DNA of 64,000 nucleotides from Harriotta raleighana (Eukaryota). Position numbers and translations under genes: made by a program. Below the pieces are notes generated by a model. That model was not told the origin of the DNA, ran no database searches, and was given only the letters and a program-made list of their open reading frames with translations. Positions 1 through 14,679 of the stretch are shown here, piece by piece. Position 1 is the first letter of the stretch. Every line of letters starts with the position of its first letter. The stretch covers positions 3,839,947-3,903,946 of the forward strand of contig JBNZDD010013657.1 of NCBI GenBank assembly GCA_050575255.1, read 5' to 3'.

Positions 1-1377
1 TTCTGCATCTGTGGGTGGTGGGGGGGAGGGGGGGGGAGCTGTAGTCGGTCAGAATACCAACTTTTCATTTCTTGGACTTGAGCTCAAGCTTCCTCTCGCT
101 GCTGTTTGTAAAACAGAATGAATCTGAGGAATCTCAGTGCCAACTGGAACTATGACATCCGCAGCATAAACCTGCCCAGGGTTTGACAGGGTCTCGCAGG
201 TAGATTGGGGCATCAAGTTCAGGAGGTGAGACCATCTAGATGCAGTAGAGGATGTTTCATTTCTGATAAATTGTGGAGATGCAATTTTCAACATAAAGAT
301 TAAGAACACATTCCTCCCTTCCTATTGCCACCCTACTCCTCTCTCCCCTTTCCCTCATGTTGTCACGCTTTTGTTGCCATGCTTCCCTCCTATTCACACT
401 CCGGTCACCGCAGCCTTTTTTGACCTACACTTGCCACAGCACTGACTGATTGAGGAAATCGTAAACATGCTTGAAGTACTATAAATGTAGATGAAGTGTG
501 CTTGTCCTCTCATAAATTGTTTTTTTTTCTTTCTTTGAGCTGTTTTGGGATACCTCACCCCTAACTCAGACCTCTGACTGATGGCAACGCCCCTTCTCCC
601 GGGCGTAGTGCTTGGGATGATGCCTGGGCAGGAGATCTGTGGTGAGGTTAGAGCTGTTGCTTCCTCGCACATCCGGACATTCTGTTTGCTTTGGCACGAG
701 GAGCCAGGCTGTGCGGAGATTGCAAGCTGTAGTTCAGCCTGCACACCCAAGCCTACTCCCAGATAAAGGATGGAGGCATTGCAATCATCCTTATTTTTAA
801 GCATTAATTTGCAACCTGCTGTTTTATTGCTGTAAGGCACTGTTGACTCCCCTCCCCACCCCCGATTTAAAGGTCATTTTTATGAAAAGACCTGCTTCAG
901 GATCAGTAAATAAAGTAATAATACTGTAGTGTTTTGAGATTTTTCAGTGTATTAAAGCGCTATGAAATACAAATTTTTATTTTCTGGGCCTCTTCAGGTA
1001 GCTGAGTCCGTTCTTGCTCCCACTTCCTTCTCACCCAATCTCTGCAAATCTAATGGGGGCCTTGGGACCACTTCTGATTACACTAAGACATTGTCGGATG
1101 TAGATAAATTCTCACTTGTGAGTCTAATACAATCTCTCTTAACGTTGTGCACACATCTGTTGCCAGATTTCATATCTTCACTCCCTCAAGTCTCTGATTT
1201 AATCTCTGAGGGACTTCCATTCATTAGAAGCTAAATTTTCTCTTAACTTTACTTATCTCACATGGTTTTACATTTTCTTGTCCTTAAAGCCTGGAAGAAT
1301 TGAAGGGATGTTAATTTGCATTCATACTGTGATCCGGGGACAGTATCTCACCCCCAAATCTCATCTAATCCTTCAAG

Positions 1378-1405
1378 GGTGTGTGTGTGTGTGTGTGTAT
1401 GTGTG

Positions 1406-1442
<37 letters not shown>

Positions 1443-1452
1443 ATGTGTATGG
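1378..1452. repeat. Compound (GT)n(AT)n(GT)n microsatellite
   Basis: Directly visible in the sequence. Confidence 0.95.
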
Positions 1453-4400
1453 GTGCGTGCACGCGAGAGTAGGCACATGGTGCGAGTGGTCACTCTTGTG
1501 AAGGGTTTGAGCGTCAAGGGTTTGAGAGTGGATCCAAACATGGATATGTGTAAGTGTTGCGAGGAGATTTGAAGCTCATTGAATGTGTGCACTCTGATAT
1601 TAGCTTTCTGTGCTAGGTTCAGTTGCTGTGCTGGTGTTGCTATGGAGATGACCTCTTTCCTGGGTGCGATTGAAGATGTTGGATTGCAGCAAGCAGTTTG
1701 TGAAAAGAATTTATAGACAACAGTGTGGGGTGGGGGGCTAGGGTGTAGCCCTATCGCTTATTGGCTGGGACAGTGTAGACTGACAGCATTCTGGGGGAAC
1801 TGGGAGGATAGGAGGATGTACCAGGGACCAAGGTAACACACCCTGATAATACTGTGTGTGTGTGTATACACGGCCCTATTGTGTGTTCTCAAATGAATGT
1901 AACAGTGTATATCTACTCTGGTCCTCTATACGCTGCTGTGCACATTTAAAATAAGAAATACTGTACAACAGTTCGAAGGGAGATCAGAAAATATTTCTTC
2001 ACACACAGGGTTGTAAGAATGCGGAATACACTGCCCAGAAGGCAGTAAATGAAGAATCAATTAGGATGTTTTAAACAGATATACAGACTCCCAGTATAAT
2101 GCAGACACCCTCTTATATATTGGGTGGCCTATGGGACCCATGGTTGGCCTCGGGCATTAACTGGTTGGCTTCTGAAAAGCTAGGAAAAAAATGGTTGGGT
2201 TAGCACTAAAATCACTTCTGATGCATGGAGTATGGGCAATAATATGTGTAGGAAGTATCATCAGTGTTACTTCTTCAAGGATGGGACCATGACTGAGCTG
2301 TAACTGTGTTGTCATAGACAGGTACTTGAGAAGTAAGGACAAAGGTTGGAAAATAGAATTAAAACATCTGCCACAATAGGTTCAGTAGACTGATTGGCCT
2401 CCTCCTATTCCCATGTTTTGGCTTGTTCAATAGAACACTCTTGATTTTAAATTTTACCCCATTAATCCAGGTAAAATGCCACTGATAATCTTAATATTTA
2501 ACAACCTCACACAGGACATTTATTATTGCACACATTCCAGTGGCCAGTGTTCATGGCAGTATAGCAGAGACCTATAAATCTTAAACCCTTCAAACTGGCC
2601 TAAATTCAGCGATTGGGAAACTGACTAGAACTGGAACCAGGCAGGCTGTTGAATTTCAGTGTTGCTCATAAATGCAGCTTTCCTCTGCCACGATTTTGTA
2701 AGATTTCTGATGAATAAATGTTTTGTTAAAGTGGTTATGCAGCAGAGTAACCACAAAACAAACATGTGCTTGGCAGCCCTGGGATGATTTGAAAGTTGGC
2801 TGTGTGCTTTATTTGGAGATTAAGCAGCATGGGAGGCTGCTGGAGCCTCAATATATATTCAGAGTAACAGAGCCAGTAATGAATCTGGCTGGACTCCAAA
2901 GGAGAGTGTGGAGATTCCACTCACCAGTGGCAGTTTGACCACATTCATACAGAACAGTTGCACCAGCTGGGATTGAATTGATGCTCAAGACAATTTTGCT
3001 TCTCATTTGTGTCTGAAATCCAGGCCCAGTTCACTCTGATTACTAACACTGTCGCTGATTTGGTGACCGTATTCTCTATCCTGACTGTTTTAGGGTAGAA
3101 TGAAACCAATCGGTGCTTAGTTAGAAACAGGGTACCTACCCATCATTGCTCTTCTGTGTCTGCTGGTTAGAATACATTTTGCAGTGCAGGAACTCTCCAT
3201 AGATGTACTGTATTTTTAGGGACCATGTCAGAAATATACATATATAATCTAAATGTCATAGATAATAGTCACTTCAATTTACAGTATGTTGTGTGAAGTG
3301 CTTTGAGACATCTACAAGACATGAAATGCAAGGATTATTATTATTATAACATTCAGATTTCTTTTGGGCTGGGTGGATGGTGGTGGGGGGGAAATGTATG
3401 TTTGATGGATAGTGGGGGGGTTATTTTATCATTATTTGTAATACTAATTTATTGCCTTTCTAATTTCTATGTTAGGTAATAACTACACAACAGCAATAAT
3501 TTGTATTTATATAGTGCTCTTCACACAGGGTACCAGATTACTTGCTCTTCTGCATCTACTGGTTAGAGTAAATTGTGCTTAGGGTGCGTGGCTCAATATT
3601 TCTTCTTCATGGGGTGTGTGGGTTGGGAGATTCTGTCTTTGCTGCACTTTTCTCCTACCCAAGAGGCCTCGGCTGAGATTGTCAACCAGGTATTTCGTCA
3701 TGTTTCAGATCCAGTAACTGAGAGAATGGGCTGGATGCCTTTTTGCGGCAATCTTTCTCTTTTTGAAGGCTCAAGTCCTGAGCTGAAATTGATTATTCTT
3801 TCCTTTCCCGTGACCTGCTTGAACTCCCGGGTGATTGACAGCTTTCTGCATTATTTACTGGGAACCAAATTGCTGGATAGAGCAGTAAAGCAGATCAGCA
3901 TCACAGCCTGGCGCTGGCTATAATAGCAGGCTTCTTTTGTGCTTGCAATGCTGTACAATCCTGGCCTCATATTTGTGGTAGGGAAATAATGTCTCGTGTT
4001 CCTCTCAGAGCCAGCTTGTCTTTGAGTCCCAGAGTCAGGCTAGGATGCATTGTGAGGTAAATCAGAACAGAGGGTTGCTGTGTGCCAGATATTCAGATCT
4101 CTGGAGCCTCTACAAATCCCACTTGTGAAATTTGGATACATTAGTTTGAATAAAGATGCCTAAAGATGTTATCATGGGATCGATAAACTATTTGTCAAAG
4201 CTTAAGGTGTCCCAGGGGGTGGGGGTGCTTGCTGTGGGAGTCGGTGGGAGGATGTAGAGGTGGAAGGGAGGGTGCCTTTGGTGGTGGAGGTGTTGATACC
4301 TGGTGTGGTGTGCCCAAGCAGTGTTATGTACTTGTAGGTACTGTGTACACACAGGGAAGCTGTGGGTGTTGCTTGTAAGTAAGTAGGTAGCGTCCCAGAG

Positions 4401-5177
4401 CGCTTTGCTGATATGAAATGATATTGGTAAGGAGAATTTTTTTTAACTCCAACTGTTGTTGAGGAGATGGAAATTCTTGCCTAAATCTTGTTTCAAATCC
4501 ATAATAGCTTATGGAGGAGAATATAACACAAATTTGAAAAGTGGATGGAGTTTTAAGGTATTTGCAGAAAAGATAGGATTGATAGGACATACCACTTTTA
4601 GAGGCTCAGCACAGAAACTGATACTGTGCATATATTGGTGTCCAGTGCCTTGGGATGTCGTCCCGACGTGAAAGGTGCTATACAAATGTAATTTTATTGA
4701 TGATATGACACCCCATTGCTGATATGAAATAAGAAATGATACTTCTGTTTCCAATCTTTGTAAATTCTTCACTTAGTGGTTTGTGCTGCATCTATCTCGG
4801 TGGATGGGTGTAATTAAAAAAAAAACTTTCTGATATTGCAGCTTTAATATTAATAACTTTAAATTGGACATTGGAGTCTGTAGGCAAATAAATGCTTAGT
4901 ATTCTACCGTAAGGTCCCCTTGTTGGCTTTGTGATTAAAGGCATTACCTTGTGTGCAACTGAGATACATACACACATCAGGCAGGATTCTGGTTCATTCC
5001 CCTGTGCCAAGTTATCAGAGATTTCAGCTGGAGCAACATTTGAGATGCTGCTATTGATTTCGGGTCTCTTCATGTTTCTGTTTACTGTGACTGACGCCTC
5101 CCCAGCCCCCTTTGGTTTGTGGTAATAGGTGCAGGTGTATGAACCTTAGGAAAGAGCAGAAACGGGTTCTGATATAT

Positions 5178-5437
5178 GGAGTCCTGTAGCTCAGTGGTTA
5201 GATCACTCGCCTTACATGCAAGAGATTCCCGGCAGGGTGAAACCTTTGCTAAGTTTCCTTACACCACACGCCTGATAATAATCTCTCAAAAAGAAATTTG
5301 GTCACTCAATCTACTCAATTTGGTCACTGATTGTAGGACACTGCTGTGCGCAGTTGGCTGCCACATTTTGCCCACAAATATACAATCAATTCACTTTTCA
5401 GTATATTTTGTGAAGCGCATTGAGACGTCTTATTATG
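5178..5437 (+). mobile_element. tRNA-derived Deu-domain SINE (internally deleted)
   Basis: A-box head GGAGTCCTGTAGCTCAGTGGTTAG, Deu-like core GGACACTGCTGTGCGCA.TTGGCTGC, L2-like tail. Confidence 0.8.
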
Positions 5438-5720
5438 ACTATGTGCCCCCTCATCCATTATCAAATAGCCTCCGACACTTTCTCACTAGATTTGCATGTG
5501 AAAAATGGCCATACTCCTTGACACTTCAGTGCCTCCAGGACTGGAGGAGGTAAAGTTCTAACAGGCTTAGTGAGTTGCATGAATTTGATGGACTTGATGC
5601 AGTAGTATCTTTGGAAAATGTCTGTCTTGTGGCAGTTTCTCAGTCGTGTCATCTGTAAGCATGTATCTGCAAAAAATGTCATTGGTACCATTTTTTTTCT
5701 TCCCCCTTCCTACCTCTCAG

Positions 5721-5996
5721 GTCTTCCTCGATTCAGCAGTCAGCCCAAAGCAAGCTCCGTGCACCAGGGAGACAGCACCCTTCTGAACTGTGAGGTAAAT
5801 GCTGACCTCGGGCCCTTTGTGAGGTGGGAACAAAACCGCCAGCCCTTGGCCCTGGAAGGGAAGTTTCTGCAGCTGCCCAACGGAGCTCTGGAGATCAGCA
5901 ATGCTTCGGACAGTGTGGCTGGATTATACCGCTGCATTGTGGAGACCCCTGGTTCATTCAAAATCAGCGAGGAAGCACAGCTTGACGTTTTACCCG
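5721..5996 (+). CDS. NEO1: NEO1 exon 3 (Ig2)
   Basis: ctctcag|GT..CCCG|gtaa, 276 bp, GLPRFSSQP...LYRCIVE...LDVLP. Confidence 0.95.
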
Positions 5997-8900
5997 GTAA
6001 TTCGCCATTGATTGACGTGATTTTTGCCCTCAAATCCATCCTTGCACTTGCCTCAAATGAAATGGTTTGCCTACAAATACAGGAACAAACAGCAATTACT
6101 TCAAAAGTGCTTTGAAATGTTGCAATGTTACAGGCATGCCGTTAAATACAAGATTACTGTTGTTATTATTTTTACTGTAACTCTCATAGTCCCTGATCTG
6201 CTGAACCCAAATTAATAATCTTTGATTCTGTTAATTGAGAAATTAATTGAGATTTGCATAACTCCACTGTGAGAGTTACAGTGGTAGTAATTGTCCTTCC
6301 CTTTGGTATAACGACTATAAAGGTTGTAAATTGATTCATTGCTGTTCTGCCTGAGGATGCTGGTGGTTACAGATGTTAAGAGTGAAAGACGCAGGAACGT
6401 TCAGCTTTAGTCACTCACTCATTTAAATTCTCTTTTTTTTCCTGCAGAGACGGGAATAGAGCGAAAGCTGCTGTTTCTTCAGGAAGCTGTCTCTTTGAAC
6501 AAACTTATAGGTCAGACTGTAGTGTTACCGTGTGTCGTCTCTGGCTATCCGACACCCACCATTACTTGGTCCAAGGATGAGGACAGCATTACAGAAAGGT
6601 TTGTACATTGTATATCATTTGTGTTGGGATAGAGAATTAGGGGAATAGAAGAATGTATGTGGTGAGGGAAGGGGGAAGTGTGTGTGTGGTGTGGGAATAG
6701 GTTGGAGTGTCTAGCAGGGGTTGGGGGTGTATGTGTGAAGGGCCCTCTGCGTGAGAGTGAGGGTTGTAGAGAGCAAGTGGTGAATGGTAATCTGGCAATC
6801 AATAGGGGAGATTTTATCATTTCTAAAGCACTTGAAAGATATCTGTAATCATTCATGTTTAATGTTGCGTGTTGTTTCAAATTGCCTATAGAGTCAACTC
6901 AGCTCCTTAATCATTTGTATCAACAACAAAAGTAAAATTACATTTGTATAGCGCCTTTTACGTCGGGAGAACATCCCAAGGCACTGAACAGTCAGTGTTT
7001 CGGACCCGAGTTGGGCTTGGCATCGGGGAGGATGGAGGGAAGGATGGAGGGCAGAGGGGAAGGAGGGTAACTGAAGGCTTGGTCGAAAAGGAGGGTCTTG
7101 AGAAGTGGCTTGAAGGAGAAACGAGAGAGGCAGAGGGATTGCGGGATGGAGTTTCAGAAGATGTGGCAGAGTAGCAGAACGCCTGCCCACCAATGGTGTG
7201 GCAGGCAAGGCAGGGGACATGAAGTAGGCTGGAGCCCACTGAGTGGGGGTACCGAGCAGGTTGGTGGGGGGGAGGTTGCAGAGGTTGGGTGGAGCAAGGC
7301 CGTGGAGGGCTTTGAAAGTGAAGAACAGGATCTTGAACTGTATCCTCTGCATGATGGGAAGCCAGTGGAGTCGGACGAGAATAGGAGTGATAGGGTCGCG
7401 GAGCCAGACATGAGCTGTAGGTCGGGAGAGGATATGAGCTGTAGAGTTCTGGATGATCTGCAGCCTATGCTGGGAGGAGTTGGGAGGTTAACAAGTAGGG
7501 AGATTGCATAGTTGGGCTTGGATGTTATGAATGTGTGTGTATAAGGGACTCGGCAGCCTGCAGAGCCGGGCGATGTTGCAGAGGTGGAGGAAAAGCAGTA
7601 CCTGAAATATGTCCAGTTATTAAAGTTAATGAGAATGCTTTATAATTCAGTATCCTATATATGTTTGATTAGCTAGTAACTTTTGCTTAGATCACATCAG
7701 TTAGGTCTTAAGAGGAGATGCATCAGTGTACTGTCTGGAACAACTGCTCTGTACTTGGGTCTTTCCGACGTGAAAGGCGCTACACAAATGTAATTTTATT
7801 GTTGTTGTCTCTGATGCAGCTGCTGGATGTTGTTGATCGGCATAGATAATGTGGAGCAGCTTTTGGCCACTTTAATGTTAGAATTGAGGAAGCATTTCTT
7901 ACTTTCAAATGTCAACGAGCAAAGTCCCAGTCAGTGACTGAGCCATCAGAGCAATTGGATCTACCATGTTTCAAAGGCGCTCAACTTCAGAACACTTGTT
8001 ACCACTTTTTCTTCAACTTGTAACACAATAGGAAAGAGCTCAGTAAATAAAGAGCTGCTTACCTTCCACTGCCATGGCTAGAACTGGTTTTCATGAGAAC
8101 TAAGAGGTTAAGGTGTGACCCGATGGAAGCCTTTATTATTAGGAACAGAAATAGATTTTTTGACTGTTCAACAAATGAGCACAAAGACACTGCAAATTAA
8201 GATCATCTCAAAACACAGAAGAATGGAAAATATTTCTTTACACAACACATAGCTCGGTAGGCATGTAGAATTCTCTACCACAAATTGTTACGGTAACATC
8301 TATAAATGATTTAAATAACTTATTCAGAAGTTATTGGAAGAGGAGGAAGGGTGAGGGGAGTGAGCAAAAGAGTGGGATTGGATTTGGTAGCTTATGCTGT
8401 GTAGATTTCATGGCTCAATACTCTCCATGGCCCTGCCCCACCCTACCTCTGTGACCTCCTACTCCCTACCAACCTAACTGCTCCCTGCATTCAGCGGGCT
8501 CCAGCCTGCTTCATGTTCCCTGCTACCTGCGATCCTTCAGCCACTCTGACTCCAAGGTTTGGAATTTCATCTCGCAATCCCTCCGCCTCACCCCCTCCCT
8601 AGCCTCCTTCACATCCCACCTCAAGACCCTCCGCTTCGACTGTGCTATCAGTCACCACTCTTTGCTCCACCCCCCCGGATCCCAACCCCAGCTCAGGTCC
8701 GAAACACTGATTGTCCAGAGCCTTGGGACGTCCTCCAAATTTGAGTGGCGCGATACAAATGTAATTTTATTATTGTTGTCAAACGACCTTGCTGTAACAT
8801 CCAGTGATTCTAGGAGTGAGACTCCCAACATCAGTCTGCATTGTCTGGAGCGTAGGGTAGAAAGAGTAGAATGAAAGTGCAAGAAAACAGCAATTTATGA

Positions 8901-11900
8901 GTCATTGTAGTTGAAGGGTCGGCTGTAAATTGTTCATTTGCTGAACAATTTGGATCAGAGTGTTTTTTTCATGTTGGCACGGGGCTGAGGTAGGTAACGA
9001 CTGTGTCCCAAAGCCAATAAGGTCAGAGCTCCTGCCGTAGATTATCACACTCATGGGTGGGGACCGGGGGAGTGTCAGCTGCTTTAGGTGTTACTGGAAA
9101 CCACATAAACAGGGAATCTTATCAGATAAACTCTTAAAAAAAACACAGTGATTTATGGCTGCTTTCTGGTGGAAATGTGTGTGATTTACTGTGAGTCAGT
9201 AAAGTGATAAATTGTACTGGAACTGAGCTAATAACGTATAGATATCTTGGGTGTTAGAAGATGGCAAATAAAGATTGCTTTCCAATCAGACTCTGGCTGC
9301 TCAACTGCATACACGTGTCCGATGATTGTAATCCAATCGTCAGGAGGCACACTCGTAAAGTGCAGAGCAATCTGAATGGGTCAGGGAGGTTGGCTGGTGT
9401 GCGGGCACTTTACGTTAATGTCTGCTTATTGCTCAGCCTGAACACTGGGACCTGCAGAACTGGTGTGTCGCCAGCCACCTTGTAATATGAGACAAACTAA
9501 ATAAATGCAGAATGTGTAATGTGCACGGATTTAGACTATTAACTCCACAGCATGTTAGTTTTACGTTTGTCATACATTGTGCTGCTCTGTGTGGTGTGCA
9601 TAACAGTTTTTCTCTGGCCCCTGGTCTCTAACTGCCTCCTTGCACAGATAATGAGTCCCAGCTTTCTGGCAGGACTCTCTCTTCTACCCCTTCCTGGCTG
9701 CCGTCTCCAGTTGACATATTTTAGCTGAGAGTCACGTTGAAATCTGGTGAAAGGCTGCATTTAGACAATTTGTGCACTACCCTGTCTTAACTAACCCCTG
9801 AGCACAGACATCGGAATATCTGCATGTGGGGACAAAGTGCCACGTAGAACATGCTCATGTGTTTGGCAAGCACAATCTGTACTACCTGTTCTAGCTGGCT
9901 GCAAGCAGCCTCAGTACTAGAGGAACATTAAGCAGAGGAAAGAGCCCTGGAGCGGTTCTGATTCAAACAAAAGCCGCACCAAGCAAGTGAGCCAAGTTCC
10001 TGCAGAAAGCCCAGCTTTGATTAATCTGTCTCTGTCTACGTCAGGGCTTCTTGGTTAGATCTGGATACTATTAGGATAAAGTTTAATTACAGAGCAGCTT
10101 CATGAAATTAAAAACACTTGCTCATTGCCACTAAATTGCGGTCTGGGAGTTTATTTTCAGTGCTCTTTTTTTATATCACAAAAATTGTCCGAATTCCAGT
10201 TAGTTTTGTGCCAACTACTTAACAATGCACGTAGTCAAATAAATTAAATGCAGGAAGTTTAACTTTCGGCTGGTAATGTTTTTCCATCCTCACTACGTTT
10301 TTTCAACCACAAAAAAAACTCCTGTCTGACCAGCCCATCCTGCTGTGCTCTCTCCCTCCTGTACGTTTCCCCCTTTCCATTAGGAAGGGCTGATACAGCA
10401 GCTAATTGTTTAATTGAGAGATTGATTATCTGAGGCTCAAAATTCCACCTGATCTTAGCCCTGTAAGACAGTAAATAACTGTGAGCTTGTGTAATTATTA
10501 CACGCATGTTTCCGTATCCCAAACTATGTTTCGCGCCCACGAAATATACAGTCAATTCACTTTACAGTATAATCTGTGAAGCACTTTGAGACGTCTCGAA
10601 GACATGATAAGGCGCGATATTGGGATGCAAGAATTATTATTATAGCATAAGAGATGTTGGTGGTTGGAATCCTTGATAGAGTTCTTCCAGAAGGAAAAAT
10701 TAATGACATTAATAGAGACATGCGAGAATATTCTTTCATTCGTTGCTGTATTGCCCCCACACAAGGATCCTGAATATACACTTCCAACTCCTGCTTCCAT
10801 CATAAAAATGATTACCTTTATACAGTAAAACCTTGTTTATCTGGCTCGCTCGGGGGGGTCGACTAATTGACTGTGCCAGATAAACGGGGGACAAGTTGCC
10901 AAAAACCCAACATAAAAAATTTACTTATTTTAAAATAAACCATGTTAATAATACACAACATAGTAACAGAATATTGTGTGGATACTTACCACACAAAGCA
11001 TAAAGCATTCCAGCACAATCGGGGGAAAAATCGGTAAAACAGCATTTTTTATCGATCAGTAAAAAATCCAAGTTCGTAAGTTTACTAAGTGCGAATGCGC
11101 ACACATTGTACGCATGCGCAAAGTGAGCAAACCTGCGATTCTGGAATGGGGAATTGCCCCAGGAGGGGGTCGAGCAATCCAGTTGATCGGGTCACGGATG
11201 AACGAGGTTTTACTGTACTGTTAATAACCCAGGGTTTATCAGGACGTTTTTTAAGTGCACTTATATAGTATCTTTCACATAGATGTAAGTCTGAAAGAGC
11301 ATTGCAGTGATGGAGTGGATCCTGAACTGGATGAGAGGTTGGGTAGGGGGCAGAGAGTGTGGGAGGAAAAGTGACTGAAAACCTGCTGACTGATTTTGTG
11401 TTGGAGGAGTGCAGGAGACATGGTCAGATTTTTTTTCGCACTTAATGACATGGGGGCTTGAGGTATGGGATTCAGGTGGCATTATTATAATGGGGCTTTC
11501 ATGTGCTTTGTTCTCTGAATTCACGTGTCTATTTTCTAGTCGTGGAAAATATAAGAATGAACGAGCACATTCTTTATCGGAGGATAAGTAGTGCACTTCC
11601 TTCAAGTGGTGGGGTGGGTGGATGGGTAGATTGGAGAGTAAATGAAGAGTTTCTGAGCATAAGATGATCCTGGTGTTTCCTGCTGGATTTGAGTTGAATT
11701 GGTTTCTATCATGTTCTTTATACCAATGATTATCTCCTCTTCCAAACAGTGATGTCTTCCAGCGTGTGGTTTTCGTTGGTGGTGGGAGTCTGAGGATCAG
11801 TGATGTAACAGAAGACGATGCTGGAATGTACACATGTGTTGCATCGAATGAAAATGAAACCTTGGAAATCCAGGCAGAACTGAACGTTCAAGGTACCGAT

Positions 11901-14647
11901 AGACTTGGGTGGGTGGGTGTGTATGAAAGAGACAGAGAGAGAGCGCGAGGGGTAATGTGGTATCCAGAAATGCATACATTAATTCAAATGTGGTCCAACC
12001 AGGGCTTTCTACAACTGTGACTGACTTTCTTTGTTTTATATTCCAACCCATTTGTGATAAAGGCCAAAGAGTTTATTGCATTTTTGTACCTGTGAATTGA
12101 CCTTTAGTGATCTGTGAACCTTTTTGCTCTTCCACACCACCTAATACTTTTCTCATTTAGTTTTCTTTAGCCAAAGTGTGCTACCTCACATTTTCCAACA
12201 TTAAACTTTTATCTAGTACAGCTCAGTCCATTCACTTAGTACACGGAGAAATGAACTGTCTACTGTTGATAGTTTTTCAGTATCTTCCCCACCTGACCTT
12301 GTCACTTGACCGCTCTCCCTCCCTGCCTGTGGAAGGTGCGCTTCTGTGGGGTGAGAGTTGAAGTGATTGAATTGGTCAGCAATAATTGTGTTGCTCACTT
12401 AGCAGAAGTGCTGGTAATTTGATAATCTGACCTCTCTCTCAGTCACTGCAATGATCAGCACTTCTCCATGTAACCACTTGGAACTATGTACATCAATTTG
12501 TCACTGAATGGCAAGGAGATTGCTCAGTGGCTATTACTGCCTGCCTGGGCTATCATTTTGAGGAACGATTAATTTTCAGATGGCTACTGCTCATTAAGCA
12601 AAACCCATGCACGCGATTGTTGGTCTGTGGCAATGTCCATTCTCTCCAGAAGTTTCAGGAACCATCTCCCAAGCCCAAATCCCTCTCGGTGCTGCTTTCA
12701 AATTCTGCCAAATAAGATTTCCCAGTTTGCAGGTGAAAGGGAGGAAAGGTGAGGGCAGGGGTCTGAAGTAGCGTAGAATCACTGTAGATCTTGCCGACTC
12801 TTCTAGGCCAAATGATCTGGAGTACCAATTCTAACCCTCTGGACTCGAGTGGAGTCCACTTCTTTTCTGCACAGATAGTGAGCAACAGCTGGACTCAGAC
12901 ATCAGACAAGCAGTCTTACCCTCAAGAGAATAGAAACACTGGGTCGGGCTGGAGCAACCAAGCGCAGCAAGTGTACAACAGCTCCTTTTGTTACAGGGCC
13001 TTTGTCCACCAGAGGTTCCCTTCAACCTCCTCTCTCCCCCCCCCCCACTCCCCATGTTTGCAGCAGGTGTCTCAGATGTTCTAATGATTTTTACATAAAT
13101 AAGTAATTAGTTGTCACAGCAACAGACCTTCCCAACTATTAAAACCAGATCAAGACTGAAAACCATTTAGTAAATGAGTAAATCAAGCAGTTCAGTCTTA
13201 CATATATTCCCATTCAATTATCAGGATCCAGCAAGTGGCGAGCTGCCCAGTGGGAGATGGCTGGAGCGAGAGACAGACACACGCACACCGTGAGATTGGC
13301 GAGAGAGAGAGAGACACACACATACACACATACATTCGAGGCTACCTGGAGAGATGTACATTGAGTAGGCTAATGGAGCAGGAAAGAAAAACCCTTGCTC
13401 CATTATTGTTACTATCAAAATATTAGAGTTCATATTAACAACAACAACAAAATTACACTTGTAGAGTGCCTTTCACATCAGGAGGAAGTCCCAAGGCACT
13501 GGACAGACACAGCTTCAGACCCCAGCTGTCGGTTTCAGCCAAGCACTGCCACACTCAACATTGGTCAGTGACCTACCTGCCGCCAATACCCCACAACCCA
13601 TGCCTTTCCCCCACATTTGTTTCTCCTCCTGCTGCTCAAACTGGTGCTCAGAAGATGAATCCCTAAAATGTTTCCTTAATTTGGGATTGGTGTTCCAGTG
13701 GAGTGGGGCTGCAGTAAGTGCTGATGATATAAACCTCGCTAGTAAAGTACGCAGTAGATGTAATACACTTGATATTTTTCTATCCCTGCAGCTCCTCCCC
13801 ACTTTCTGAAGGGTCCAGACAATATTTATGCTCGTGAGTCCATGGACATCGTCTTTGAGTGTGAAGTGACAGGAAAACCTACCCCAACCGTGAAATGGAT
13901 CAAGAATGGAGATGTGGTGATTCCGAGCGATTATTTTAAGATTGTTGTAAGTGCTCTTGTGATATTCTTCTCTCATGTATTGCAGCTCGGGCACATATAG
14001 GCCTCTCTCCAGCAGCTTCTACAACGCACCTGCTGAATGGCTGTTAGGAATGATCAATTGCTTTCACTTCTGTCCTATTTCCATAATGCTTTTTGTTAGC
14101 AAAGTGCTTTCCCATGTTGGAAGTCCTTTAGCAAGCTTCGAAACTGTGATCTGGGGCCACTTAACAGCACATCATGAAAAGTAAAATGCTTTTCTAAAGA
14201 GTTACTTTGGCAGTAAGGTGTAGACTTAATGAGGGAGTGTGAACTGTTACAGGCATTAAAAGGAGGATTGGAAATGCATTTCTAACTAATGTGTGAGGAT
14301 CACATATACGTCAGTGCTTATTCTTTCTGTAGTGTTGCTGTAAAATACAACAGTGCAAAGAATTGTCAAGAATTATATGAGTCAATCTCCAACATCCGAG
14401 CATCTGCAGTTATCTGTTTGCAATCCAGGAAAGCTCAATATGTACATGTTCCAGTACAGTTAAAATCCACATTCACTTCACTGCCCCTCAATGTCTAGTA
14501 ATCTGTACAAGTCTTTATTGTACCTGAATGTACAGTAATATTCCTCAATGTGCAGTAATCTGCAGGATCTATCAAAATATTAGAGTTTGTATACCAAAAT
14601 CGCACAATTTCCTGGATTCCACTCATTTTGATTCAGTCTATTTTGTA

Positions 14648-14679
<32 letters not shown>

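Noticed and set aside
1278-1592. Cys/Val- and His/Thr-rich ORFs
   Set aside because: Translations of the (GT)n/(AT)n microsatellite
1636-1649. X-box-like GTTGCTATGGAGAT in NEO1 intron 2 (and GTTGTCACAGCAAC at 13110)
   Set aside because: Isolated motifs with no promoter context; such matches are expected by chance in 64 kb
11261-11833. 190-aa minus-strand ORF
   Set aside because: Antisense to NEO1 intron 4 and exon 5, no recognisable domain; chance ORF
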